In this document: one piece after another, positions 13,882-26,173 of the stretch
Position numbering within the stretch: the stretch's first letter is position 1
How the letters are laid out: every line of letters begins with the position of its first letter
Assembly (NCBI GenBank): GCA_010405405.1
Contig: MU004230.1
Span: 1,584,627 to 1,648,626, forward strand
Direction: 5' to 3'
Source: Microthyrium microscopicum
Taxonomy: Eukaryota
Length of the DNA: 64,000 nucleotides
Position numbers and translations under genes: made by a program
Notes under the pieces: generated by a model
The model's input: only the letters and a program-made list of their open reading frames with translations
What the model was told of the DNA's origin: nothing
The model's database searches: none

Positions 13882-14944
13882 ATGTCGTCCTCCCCGAAGC
13901 CCGAAGATGGTGATGTTGCACCAACTCCTGAGGAGCAACTCGAGAAAAATATCACTTCTGTACCAGGAGAACCCGGGATGGATGACCACGAGGTAGAAGT
14001 CAAGGAACAAGACAGATGGCTTCCAATTGCCAATGGTAAGTTTGGTGTTCCCCTTGCTCTCTCTGTTTGCGCTCTTCTTCCATCGAATCAACGATTGCAG
14101 CATTCCTGAGGGTCATCCTGACTGGAACCGCTTGCTTTCACCCCAACCCGCCATTCTATCCAACCATTCGTCAGTTTAGACACTGTTCCCCTGCATCAGA
14201 ATATCAAAATTGGTCGACGTGCAGCTGTCACATCTACTATGAAATCTCCATCCCCAGAAGAGGCGGAATCTCCCGCTACCAGCAACTCTAAAACGTCTTC
14301 CAATCATATCAATTCGGATGCTAACATTGGTAACTTCGCTCCAGTTGCTCGTATCATGAAATCAGCATTGCCAGACAATGCGAAAATTGCCAAAGAAGCC
14401 AAAGAATGCATGCAAGAGTGCGTATCAGAATTCATCAGCTTCATTACGAGCGAAGGTATATATCAACTATTACGCGCTTTATTCTTGTTAAACTAATATC
14501 ATCTTCAGCATCCGAAAAGTGTCAACAAGAGAAGCGAAAAACAGTCAATGGAGAAGACATCTTATTCGCAATGACTTCACTCGGATTCGAAAACTATTCA
14601 GAAGCTCTCAAAATCTACTTGGCCCGTTATCGCGAGGTAAGCTGCTAGACTTTATTTCCTGACATGCCCATAATCAATCCTCCCCTAAACCCCCTTTTCT
14701 CCCCTCTACATATCAATGGACATGTCACTGAACAATTGGTACTGATTTCGTCCGCGAGTCCTTCGTTCAAAGCCAAAAACCCGGCAGTGGACCCGGCCTC
14801 GCTGGGCCAGCAGGGCCAAATGCTGCCTCCAACGCATACCCAACAGAATCTACCGACCTAGGACTTGGTGGCGATGTGGATGCAGAGAACGACGCGTCTG
14901 CGCTCGACTATTCGCACAACGGCAACGGTCAAGTCGAGTATTAG
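13882..14944 (+). CDS. hapC: CCAAT-binding complex subunit NF-YB / Hap3 / HapC
   Basis: [77 protein letters not shown] histone fold; introns 14036-14344, ~14456-14508 and 14637-14758. Confidence 0.95.
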
Positions 14945-16093
14945 GAGAAACTGCTATGATCTTCTCGCACGCCGCGAAAGTCTCGTCAATGGTAGAGCAC
15001 AAATGCGCCAGTGGACTCGTGGAGAGGGGATTTCTTGGGACGGGTTTGCAAGGCTTTGGGAAATGGGTAGATATTTTGCGCACAGCTGGCTGGGTTCCGG
15101 AACTAGCGACGGGTATTCTGAATGGGAATTATTTTCTTGCGATTCTCTCCCACATCTTTTCGAGTGTGTTTGCTCTTGCGTGTCACACCGAAAGTTTCGC
15201 ACGGCCGATACTTCTTGGCTGTGGTACGGGATTCTTTGTAGCCGTGTCGTACGAGTACGGTCGATGAGAGTTGACAGACAGGCTGCTGTAGCTTTGTATG
15301 ACATGTGCGACTACTGGTCCTCGGATTGACGTTGTAGCATCCAGCCTTGCTGGAAGCGCATTTGGCGGTCTGCGTACAATATATAAGAGATTGTCATATA
15401 GGCTGAAAGGCGTCCTGCTTTCAGCTGTTGGCATTATATGCATTAGCAAGTAGGACTCTTCCCGTCCTTGCTACCGCATGCTTTACATAGCGTGCTGTTA
15501 GTGTATTCCATTTCGTCCCTGGTACTGGGAAATATCCAGAGTATCCCGTCAATGCCGTTGGTGGTTGGCTGATATCTTATTGGTCGAAAATACGAGGCAA
15601 GGCTGATGAGCAAGGCTGAGATTCGTTCTTATCACTTCATGTTCTTAGCAGCTCTCTCATGGTACATCCATGACTTTCAATCAGGGACAAATCTAACCGT
15701 TTTCAATTGACCAGTGCGTTCAAGTTCGGCTGCCAAAAAACGACTCTACCAGCATGTAGGAAACTGTAGGCCGCTGGCGAATTGTCCAAACATGGCACGT
15801 TTGACATGCTTTACTGTCGCACATGGGAGCCTCTACAATGTCTGTAAAATAATGCCTTGATATTCGTAGATGCTCAGGGTACAATAGATAAACCGACTTG
15901 GCAGGTTTACTTGTGCATTTTGTCATCAAGACGACTATCACCAAGAAAACACTATTTGCTAAAAATAATCCTTTAAAAAGCAGAAGAGCAGTCTGTCAGC
16001 GTCTTCCGAGAGAGACATCTGATGTTCTACCAGCGCGGTCTTCGACCGCGGTCCAATGGACCTACCTAGCGCAGCTCTCCAGCCTTCACTCTA

Positions 16094-17623
16094 TTAAAGG
16101 AAATCCACTACTAGTATATCATATCCTTAATCAAAACTACCTGCTGGCTCTACATCTCGAGTACCGTCTTTACAAATGGCTTGAAGAACCCCTTCGTCTT
16201 GCTGAAGGACTACACAGCCGGCAGGCACATGATAACAATCAGCTTGTTGTCCAGACCATCTGCAGCCATCATTCCCACCTGAAACAAGATTCCCTCTAAA
16301 TTGAAGATCAGCTTATGTCTGTAGTGATAGTGATCAATGTGCGACAGCAACTTACGGTTTGAAAAGAGTAGCAATGAGATATCTCAGGTTATATGCAATC
16401 TGGCGATTTCCCAACCTTTTTGGGTGAAAGGCAGATGCTTGAACAAGAGCAATAGTAGCATCCGGCCAAGCCTCCGTGTCGCGCTCTTGAAGTTTTGGTG
16501 CAGTCTCATTGTTTGGTTGTCGTTCAGCTACAGCTCGCCGGAGGTCATTCCCATCTCTGGGGGTTGGCCATCCAGAATTTCTCTCTTCAAGGTTCGAGTC
16601 GATGGCATTGAACCAGACATCCTCATTGGTTGCTCCTCGGGGGTCATCTCCCCTGGATAGTTCGCAAAAGCGATGTGTGTCCCAGCTACTAGGACTTGCA
16701 TCGGGGTCCACGAATTCAATCCTGCCATTGCGGTCCTCTCGATTTACTTCAGCTACGGCCTGTGCAAGAATGCGGTTGGCTGACGCGATCGCCCCGTTAA
16801 TATCATTTCGAATCTTGAAGCGTAACTTCAATGGGGTGAACCAGTCGCTTGGAAAAAAAGTCTTATCGTCACAGACGTCGTTGGCAAAAGCTGGAGCAAA
16901 GAACGCAGGGTAGCCGGTTACAAAAAGTATCCCTCCTGGTGCAAGAGCTCTGTTGGCTACTGATCGAATCGTTGCTCTAACATTGGCCTCATTCCATACA
17001 TTCCAACCACCAAGTTTAGTTTGAGCTGAGCGGATTGCCATATCACACGCTAACGACGCGGCTGATTCACCAACGAAGCCTGTTTGTGCGTAGCTAGCAT
17101 AAACGCATTTCTTCTACAAGAGATTAGACTGATTCAATGTAAAGTTGCCACATTACTTACCACGACTTCCCCGAAGCCATAATCGTTTCCGGTAATAGAA
17201 AGTGTTGCGACTTCAAACGTATCCGTGAGACTTTTTAATTGACCATCTATATCTTTCATAACAGCACCTGAGCAAGAGACAAAGTCATTCAACTGTACCA
17301 CATGCCCATCGTTAAATGCTCGAGGTACAATTGTTGTTAGCCACCATGGATACGCGCCATCTTGTCGACCACACGTGTCTGATATCACAATTAAGCTTTT
17401 TACAAGTAAAGCGAACTCAATAAATCCAAGTGGCACGGAACTTACAGTCTTTCCGGTCCCTAGAACTTTTCAAAAATTCTCCAGATCCAATTCCAGCAGA
17501 GAAACTGTCCCCAAGTGCTACGAAAGAGTTTGGCAGCCGCCCAAGAGAAACCCATTGATTCGCATTGATCAGGATAGGTCCAAGGGCCAAACCCACACAG
17601 GCGGTCATCAAATGACCTACCAT
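16094..17623 (-). CDS. Secreted SGNH/GDSL-type hydrolase with a short Cys-containing C-terminal extension
   Basis: Hydrophobic N-terminus, FVALGDSFSAGIG, SCSGA, TLSITGNDYGF, VTGYPAFF and AFHPK motifs; splicing after 'LFKP' adds an exon (GCRWSGQQADCYHVPAGCVV..AICKDG) and a terminal exon ending TAA at 16094. Confidence 0.8.
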
Positions 17624-18120
17624 TTCGAAGAAATCTGTACTGTGTTTTGCGTGATGCGTAGCGCAATATAACTCAAGGAGGTAAACGAAGACAGTAAAAA
17701 CGAGCGTTGGCAGACCAAGAAGCTAAAATCTAGCACCCAACAGCAGAGATTCTATCCATCTTATATGACCAGACTGCATAATGCTCGTTGGAGTAGCCAT
17801 GTAGTACCGCCAAGTTCTATGTACTTTCGCTAAACACAAAGACAGAAATTGACCTCCAGGAATGCGGTCTAGATCTCTATCGAGGTCTGTTACAAGCAAT
17901 ACAATTCGGGGTAGCCGAGACTACTGTCAATTTCCTGTTCTGCGAGTGATACAATGTTAGAGCCATTTTATCAGTATTGGTAATAAGTTAGCCTTGAAGA
18001 TGTGCTTGTACGCAGGTCAAAGACTGAATGTCTCAATTCTGTCAGACCTACAGCCGTCCTTAATTTCAGCTCGCAGCTGTGCTATAAGTACAGAGCACTG
18101 AAAGAGATGCGGCTGATATT

Positions 18121-19373
18121 CTATTGGTAATACTCCTCAAGGATGGTTACGCCGGTTGTATAGGGAAACACGACTTGGAGGCCCGACCGTGTCTGAAAAT
18201 TCTGAATGGAAGATAACAAAGCACTTACACCATTTCCAAGACAGGTAAATTTCCATCTTCTTAAGATTACCGCTCCAATGTACAAGTTAGCACCTGCATA
18301 CACTTTGATACTTACCTGGCCTAGGTAGGTACTTATACATATCTTTGATAACGTAACGCAAGTCTGTTTGGAAGGAAGGTGGGACATTGAATGAGCTTTT
18401 CCAAAGCTGAGTATAAGTGAAGAGACGATTGATCGAATGCATCCATATGCGTTGCCATCAAAGATGGAGCATACTTGGTCCAGTGAAAATTGTAGGTCAG
18501 AGTAAGACGGTGGCCTTCAGTGACTTCGAATACTTCGTGCTCACAGTCAGAGAAGAATGCTGCCCACTGAATAAATTTGGAGTCAGTATTTGACCAGTCG
18601 AAGTGAACCTCGCGACCAGTATGTCGCACAACTAAAGCACCCTTTTAGAAATATTAGGGATTCGCCACGACTGTTAGAAGACATGTACGAATCTTGATGT
18701 GGTGTTGGTAGACAGATGACAAGCGAGCCCATCTGATCTACAGAACGCGGTGTATCGACATGTGGCTTGAACTTTCCCGAGGGACCAGAGTAGACATTGA
18801 GCTTGTACAATTCTGCTCGAACACCATCATGAGCCGCATGGTAGTTTCGGGGTGGTCCGCCTCGAGCGAGCGCTTGGGCAACGGTGTGCATTATCTTATT
18901 GTTGGAGAGATTGAAGTTGGTACAGAAGTCTTCCACATCCATTTTGCCAGCCTTGCGATATTCTTCATCAAGGACTCCTTCAATACCTCTTCCGAGAGTG
19001 GCAGGCTGACAATCCGCCAATAGTTGGTAGAATGCATCGTAGTTGTGATTGCCGACACGATCAGGTTCATCCAGTGGAAAGGTAACTTTGAGTCCACGAC
19101 CTTCTTCCCTACTATCCTACCGAATAGTAAAGGGATCTTGCTTAGTTGGGTCGTTTGACACGGGGTCAATGGTACCTCCAATCGTAAAGCGGCTGAAAGT
19201 ATTAGAGACATTTTTTAGGAGGGCCAGTTGATTGTCATTGCCTTCATCCACAACTGGACCTGTATTTAAATAACGTTAAAGCCATGAACTTCGGAGCAGG
19301 TGGGATTTATACCTTCAAATATCTTGCCTTCGGATAACTCGCCTTCAGGAAGGGGCAACTGTGTCTGCGACAT
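18121..19373 (-). pseudogene. 2OG-Fe(II) oxygenase family gene, disrupted
   Basis: CQPATLG, YRKAGKMD, ELYKLNVYSGPSGKFKPHVDTP (HxD), WAAFFSDCEHEV..VTEGHRLTLTYN; in-frame TAG at 19117-19119 (FTIR*D) and an intron donor reading AT instead of GT at ~18692; 3' end unclear. Confidence 0.75.
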
Positions 19374-20184
19374 TTTGGTCTGTTGTACGTGGATATGAAG
19401 CGAATCAAGGTTCTAAACAAAACTGGGAGACTTTGACGAAAGCTCACAAGTTGTAGCAGAAGATGAAGAAGTGCTGTGTTTGCAATGGGTGCGTTAGGAA
19501 GGGCTATGTGAGATAAGTGTTAATTTCATATTGTCGAGGGAAAGTGTGTATCTTCCAGATCTAGAAGTGAATTAGTCGTTGAGGTGTTACATATTAGTAG
19601 CCTTTCTCTGAACTCTACCTCAATTAGAGGCGGAATGAACACGGTGGACTTGTAATCAGCTGGACATTGGCCCTTCCTGCTTGTTTAACTCGTGAATACA
19701 TGACGAGAGGAATGCCGAAAGAATTGTCACACACGAGTCGGAAGGTATAGCGCTTGGTAAATAACACACTTTGGGTTTCTCATCTCGGATCTCAACTCTA
19801 ACGACAACCTTTTGGTATGATCTGGTAAGCCGGAACTCTAGTGTTTATTGCAAGTGCTTGCTGAATATGTTCTTGCTCGTATATCAGAGTTGACGCGCTT
19901 ATTCTCTGGAGATATAAGCTTCTACTGCGAAACATTATTTCACTATAATCTATTCCTCGACCACGAAGATTGTCAATTTAGGTACTTGTGAAGTCGAGTT
20001 TCTCGAAGAAGATAACTTGCTACATACCTAGGTACCTAGGTTCTTAACTTTGACATATCATTCCAGTATGATGTCGATCAGAACCCAAGAAGGATCAGCT
20101 TTAAACTTCTTCAATCACCAGCTCAAGTTCGAACTTGTCTAAGTGGAAACTCAAGAAGCTCTTGATGCAGCATAATGGCAGATA

Positions 20185-20257
20185 TCCGTAGACAACACCC
20201 ACCGCCGTAGGCAGTGGGGGACGCCTAAACGCTACGGACAGCTAAACGCTACATGTT
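20185..20257. repeat. Left terminal inverted repeat of the DNA transposon
   Basis: tccgtagacaacacccaccgccgtaggcagtgggggacgcc...acatgtt is the reverse complement of 22954-23026 with five transitions. Confidence 0.92.
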
Positions 20258-22953
20258 TTATCTACACCACGGCCATCTAATAACCACGTAATATTATTTA
20301 ATGAAAATTTAGGAGATATTTAAAACGTATTATATCTATTATATATTTTATTTTAAAAGAAAAATATTATAGTTTAAGAAATTTGTAATGTAGTAATAAA
20401 ATTAAGATTAAGATCAATTCTAAGGTAGTAATTCTTCAAATTTACTCCTACAACTTATTATTATTAGGTCTAAAGTAAAAATATAATAGCATATAGCATA
20501 TTATCTCCTAATCTATATTTTTATTAAATGCAGCCTATAAATTAGCAAGAAGTACATTTATATCTACCCTAAATCATAACTATAGACTCATATATTCTAC
20601 TACTTATAGAAGTATACACGCGCAAGCAACCTCTTTAACTTCTTACTTCTAGTTCTTAATCGCAGTATTATACTACTTTAACCTATTAATTCCCTCGCGT
20701 TTAGCTTCATCTCAAAGCTAGTTTACCCTATAAGTAAGTCGTAGGTACTTATTAAGTATTATTTAAAGTAGCTATAGAATTACTAAGTAATATAGTAGTA
20801 ATCTCTACATCTTTTAATATAGATCGTTATCCTAAGCCCGCTATTTAACTAAAATTAGCTCTAAAGTATTAATATTGCGGAAGAAGGGAACGTTACTAGC
20901 ATAAACTATACCTCCTTATTAAACAAAGTTAACTTAAGCCTAGTTACATCTATTCTAATATATATAGGCAAAATAAGAGTTATAATAGAACTCTAAGAGA
21001 GTTAAATAAAGATTATCCTACGTAAGGATTCCTTGCTATAGGGCCTAGAAGTTTAATCTTTAACGCACACGTATTAGCATATCTAGCAATATAGGAAAGA
21101 ATCTTAAGTAGTTAAGCGCCTAAGATAATTACTAACGAAGTTCTTATAGATTCAAAAGAGTACGCTATTTAGTAAGTAATTCCTCTTCATCTTTACTCTC
21201 TTTAACGTCACTCTAGTCCTATAAGATATAAAGATTTAGCAAATTCGCAAATAGATATCGTAGCACCTCTAACAGTTTAAAAGGCTAAAAACTACAATGC
21301 CTAAAGCTAGATTTAATAGAATTTAGCTTTATAACTTTACGTCTTATAGATTTAATAGTAACGAAGAAGGTTTACTTATTAAATTCACCTAATCCAGCCC
21401 ATAGAGCTTTATTAAGGTATTTAACGTAAAAATGCTTTCATTACTAAAAGATTACGATATCTAAAGATTATAAGAAGTACGTAGTATATAGTAGTAGTTA
21501 AAAGATTATAATCTTACGCGCGTCACAAAAAAGGGTAAAGGGACGCGTTAAATAGCTCTCATAGCTATTAAGAAGTAGTAATCTATACTCTCCTTACTAA
21601 GTTTAAGCTAATAATTAATCAAAATATTATATCCATAGGAATCCAAGAATATTATTCAAATAACCTAATTCTAATATTCCTACGATATAAAATTAGTAAG
21701 TTATTAATATAAATAAGGAAGCTTCCTACTAATAGCTAGATCTTTATCTTTAACTTTACGAAACTACCACCCCTAGATTATCTAGCCCTTAGTAATAATC
21801 ATAAGACTAATTATATATCTAGCTATAGACACGCCCTCTATAATAGTAATATTCTCCCTCTCTCCAAAGCTCTAAATATAGTAGTTAAAATAACTATATT
21901 CTTTACCTATAGGAACTATTGCCCACTAACCTTTACTAACACCTATTCTAATGCCTATTTTATCCATATTCTAAGTATCTACAGGCTATATTTTATATTA
22001 ATTAATAGTCCGTTTATATTTCTACATAAAAGCTTCAATATTACTATAGTCTATAGCCTTTCAACGAGCAACCTTAAGAGGTTCTTACTTTACAATCTTA
22101 AACTACAAGTATAGTTTTATAAAGCGTCTAGGCTACTTTTAGCCTATAGAGAAAGGATTTAGGGTATCTAGCGGCATACTATAGCGAAAGATATCGTTAG
22201 CAGCATCTTAAAAGTATTTAAATCATAGAGAGACACTAATCTTAAAGAGTTTAAGAAGATAATCGCATAGTGCTTTATCTTAAACGTCATTCAGCCTTTG
22301 GTTATTCGTAGCGCGCTTTAATTTAGAGCCCTAGAGGTTAAGGAATCAGCGTCAAATTCAATCTTTCTTAAGCAGTTTAAATATTCTTTCTATAGTACGA
22401 TAAGGTGTCTTCAGATTAGTAGATAAGTATAAAATTATACTCTCTAGAAGCGTCTCTTCTTACTAATATATAAGCTTCATTACGAAATTGTTTTTAGTTT
22501 AGTATTACAAAAGTAGTAGTAGATTTAGTAATTTATCTTTCTAATATAAAGAGCTAGGACGCGTTATAGTTACAAATCTAGCCTATAAACGCAAAATCTT
22601 AGCAAAGCATAATAATAATATCTTTTAACCTAAGTAACTTCAACTTAACATCAATCATTTAGAACATAATAAATATTTATTAAACTAATACTATATATAA
22701 TTCATTACTTGCTATTTATGCTCTCTTTTTTAGATTTAAAAAATATCTATTATAGCAAAATTAGCTATAACCTAGCCAAAAAAACTATCTTAAAATATGT
22801 CCCAAATCAGTATCGTTCTATATAGCTAATATTATAATTCTTATTAAAAGCGCGTAAAAATTTTATAGGATATAGAAAAGTAATAAATCTAATAGCACTA
22901 TTATTTTAAGAATTATTTATTAGGTATTTATTATTTAAATATACAGTGTTTAT

Positions 22954-23026
22954 AACATGTAGCATTTAGCTGTCCATAGCGTTCAGGCGTCCCCCACCGC
23001 CTACGGCGGTGGGTGTTGTCCACGGA
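22954..23026. repeat. Right terminal inverted repeat of the DNA transposon
   Basis: aacatgtagcatttagc...gggtgttgtccacgga followed by TA. Confidence 0.92.
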
Positions 23027-23403
23027 TATCAGAGTTGCTATGGACGGGCTATACATTTTCTCCGTCGTTAGTGGCCCACACAGGAATCAACCTCGTTGGC
23101 CGCCTTGACGGAACACAGCTAAGAGCTTCGAAATACATTCTCGACGTACTCGTCCACCAATAGATATGGCATCCGAAAGTCACCATAAGGCCTCGGATAG
23201 CGTCCCGAGATTTCGGTAGGACCGAGTGGCTTTTGCAAGTGTTTCTCTGACCCCAACATCTGAATAATAAATGTACAGATAGAATTAGTCATGGTAGAAA
23301 TGACAGGTGAGTTTGATATAACCATGACCATCAAAAACAAACGCTCTCGTGCGGCTGGGGATGAAGTTGCATGTTCAAAAAATGTCTAAGGATCAGAGGA
23401 ACA

Positions 23404-23945
23404 CACGTGGGCAGTACGGAAGCTCTTATAGGAAGAATAACCCACGGGCCAAGTCGCGCCTAGACTCCTTACCACGCGAGGCATCCTCCGCCGAGCCTCA
23501 TTGCCTTCTTACTACTACTTCTTCTTCATCATTTCAGCGTATTTAGTCTTCATCGCTCGCACTGCCAAGTTTGCCAAACTTCCTTTCCCACCGTCAAAGC
23601 AACCCAAGGCCCCTCGTTGGCTTGGCTCACAATCTGGGCTCGGCTTCTGCGTGGGCAATATGAACACTAGTAGCTATAGACATTGACACCACGCCATGAA
23701 AAAAGATGGGGAGTTCAAGATTCTACTGATCATTTCGATGGTCCACTGGAGCGAACCAAGACTTTTGGGAGAGATATCATGCAAACCAAGACTTTGATAA
23801 AGGTCTGGACGACTACTCAAAAAAGTGGCTGCGATGTCCTCAGCGCGAATCATCCTTTAAGATAAGAAAACGTGTTTAGGATAGATTGCGGCAAAGTTAA
23901 ACTGCTCTGCCTGTTCACGATGTGTGTAGGTCAAGCTGAGCCAAG
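23404..23945 (+). promoter_or_regulatory. Candidate phosphate- and pH-responsive promoter (bHLH PHO boxes plus PacC sites)
   Basis: CACGTG at 23404, AACGTG (reverse of CACGTT) at 23869; GCCAAG at 23448, 23564 and 23940 and CTTGGC at 23621, all within 700 bp upstream of the phosphate symporter ATG. Confidence 0.6.
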
Positions 23946-24081
23946 ATGGAGAGGCGAGAATGTCAGATCCGATAGCCCAATACCCACGCCTATGTAGGAC
24001 ATAAAACGATCTGTTTCCCAAGTTATCCCTTGTAAATCAATATCGATTCCACAGCCGAGTACCTGGATACCTACCGCCAAC

Positions 24082-26173
24082 ATGGTGCTCACTCAATATA
24101 CCTACGTGTTCGTCATTGGCACTTTCTTTGCCATGCTAGATGCCTTCAACAATGGTGCAAGTAAGTACAACTGACAGTAGTAACTGGATATACTCTAACC
24201 GCCCAATAGACGATGTCGCCAACGCCTGGGCTACCAGTGTCTCGTCTAGATCCATCACATATAGACAAGCAATGATATTCGGTACCATCTTTGAAATGCT
24301 TGGTGCCATTACTGTTGGTGCCCGAACTGCCGAAACGATCAAGAACGGTATCATTCCCAGTACCGCCTTCAACGGCAATGCCCCAGTACAGATGCTTGCT
24401 TTCACCTGTGCGTTAGCAGCAGCATCATCATGGGTTATGTGGTGCACCCGGTAAGCTTTTCTCGTGCAAACCCACATTTTTTGACGATGTCCGATGGAAA
24501 CTAAACAATCATATCTCCCATACCACTTGCTGGCTACCAAAGAATGCGATGGGTGTTTTATGATCTCCCACGAAATGACCATTTGGTCTTTTCAGGCGTG
24601 TTAGCTCCTTTCCTTATCTTATACTAACGAATTCTAGGCACTCTGCTCACGTCTCTTCAACCTACTCGCTTATCTCAGCCGTTGCTGGTGTTGGTGTCGC
24701 AACTGTTGGCGCTTCCAAAGTCCAATGGGGATGGAATGGCGGCAAAGGAATGGGCGCTATATTCTCTGGATTATTTATGGCTCCAGCTATCTCCGCCGGC
24801 TTTGGTGCTACCATTTTCATGCTGATCAAACTGGTTGTCCACCTGCGAAAGAATCCTGTTCCATGGGCCGTTTACACCTCACCGTTCTTCTTCCTCATCG
24901 CTGGCACTATTTGCACATTATCCATTGTGTACAAGGGTTCCCCGAACCTAGGCCTCAACAAGAAGCCCGCTTGGTATGTTGCATCTGTCACCATGGGAAC
25001 CGGTTTTGGTGTCGCCCTTCTCGCTGCTTTGTTCTTCGTCCCATATGTACACGCAAGAATCATCAAGAAAGATGCTAGTGTCAAGTGGTGGATGTTCCTC
25101 ATGGGCCCATTGCTTCTCAAGAGGCCTGCCGTGGCTCCTATTGACCATGCTATTGTGCCCAACTATGCCGTGGTTCAGGATGATGACGATGGGAAGTCTA
25201 CCAAGACCGCAGTATCCCTCAGCGAAAGCTACGATGCTGAAGCAATCAAGGATGCAGATCAGATCGAGAAATCTGCTCAGGTAGCTAACAAAGAAGTCGA
25301 GCTAAAGACCTATAAGGAGATCCAGGCCGAAGGCGACGCCAAACTCAAGGCCAAACTGCTGAAGAAAAGGGGTCCTCTTGGTTGGGCTATGCGAACCCTT
25401 GAAGCAAACCCTATGGGTGCTGGCCAAATTTACGAGTTTCACAACATCAAGATCCTTCTCAAGCGCATTCCTGCTAAGATCTGTGTTGGCCTTTTATATG
25501 GCCTCCACTACGACATTCACGCTGCTCAGAGCGGAATTGCTGGTACACCCGAAGGAGACCGCATGGCACGAGTGTATGCTGCAGCTAAGAAGTACCCCAA
25601 TGAAGTAGAGCACACCTACTCCTTTGTCCAGGTTCTCACTGCCTGCACTGCATCCTTTGCCCACGGTGCTAACGATATCGGAAACTCTGTGGGACCTTGG
25701 GCTGTCATCTATTCTACCTGGCATACAGGCAAGGCCTCTTCTGCTAAGCAAACCGTCCCCATATGGCAGCTTGCTGTTCTTGCAGCAGTCATCTCACTTG
25801 GTCTTATCACTTATGGATACAACATCATGAAGGTCATGGGTAACAAACTCACATACCACTCTCCAAGCAGAGGTAAGTCCGTCCAGTCCATGACTTAGTT
25901 CATCTTGCTCACTTTTTCCCTTCAGGTTGCTCAATGGAAATGGGTGCTGCCATTACCGTCTTACTCTTCTCCCAATACGCGCTTCCTGTGTCAACCTCCA
26001 TGTGCATCACAGGCGCAACGGTTGGTGTTGGTCTTTGCAACGGTACCTTGAAAGCAGTCAACTTCCAGCGCGTTGGTCTTTTAGTCCTCGCTTGGATCTT
26101 CACCATCCCCATTGCGGGTACTCTCGGTGGAGTCACGATGGCACTTTTCCTCAACGCTCCCCACTTTAAGTAG
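24082..26173 (+). CDS. PHO89: Phosphate-repressible Na+/phosphate symporter, PiT family (Pho89 / Neurospora PHO-4-like); 4 exons
   Basis: LDAFNNGA|NDVANAWATSVSSR, HVSSTYS, SFAHGANDIGNSVGP and LPVSTSMCITGATVGVG; both PiT GANDxxN signatures present. Confidence 0.95.

Larger units (their letters stand above)
20185..23026 (-). mobile_element. RIP-inactivated Tc1/mariner-superfamily DNA transposon (pogo/Fot1-like)
   Basis: 73-bp TIRs at 20185-20257 and 22954-23026 differing only by transitions; TA duplicated at 20183-20184 and 23027-23028; AT/TpA-rich interior; minus strand ~21935-21985 reads PVDT*NMDKIGIRIGV, i.e. the pogo WNMDETG.RIG motif after reversing RIP. Confidence 0.9.

Noticed and set aside
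16034..16050. Hairpin cgcggtc-ttc-gaccgcg downstream of the SGNH gene
   Set aside because: Only a 7-bp stem with no other support; not a meaningful terminator in a eukaryote.
20027..20040. Palindrome cctaggtacctagg
   Set aside because: TAGGTA/TACCTA-type low-complexity motifs recur in the intergenic DNA here; no associated structure.
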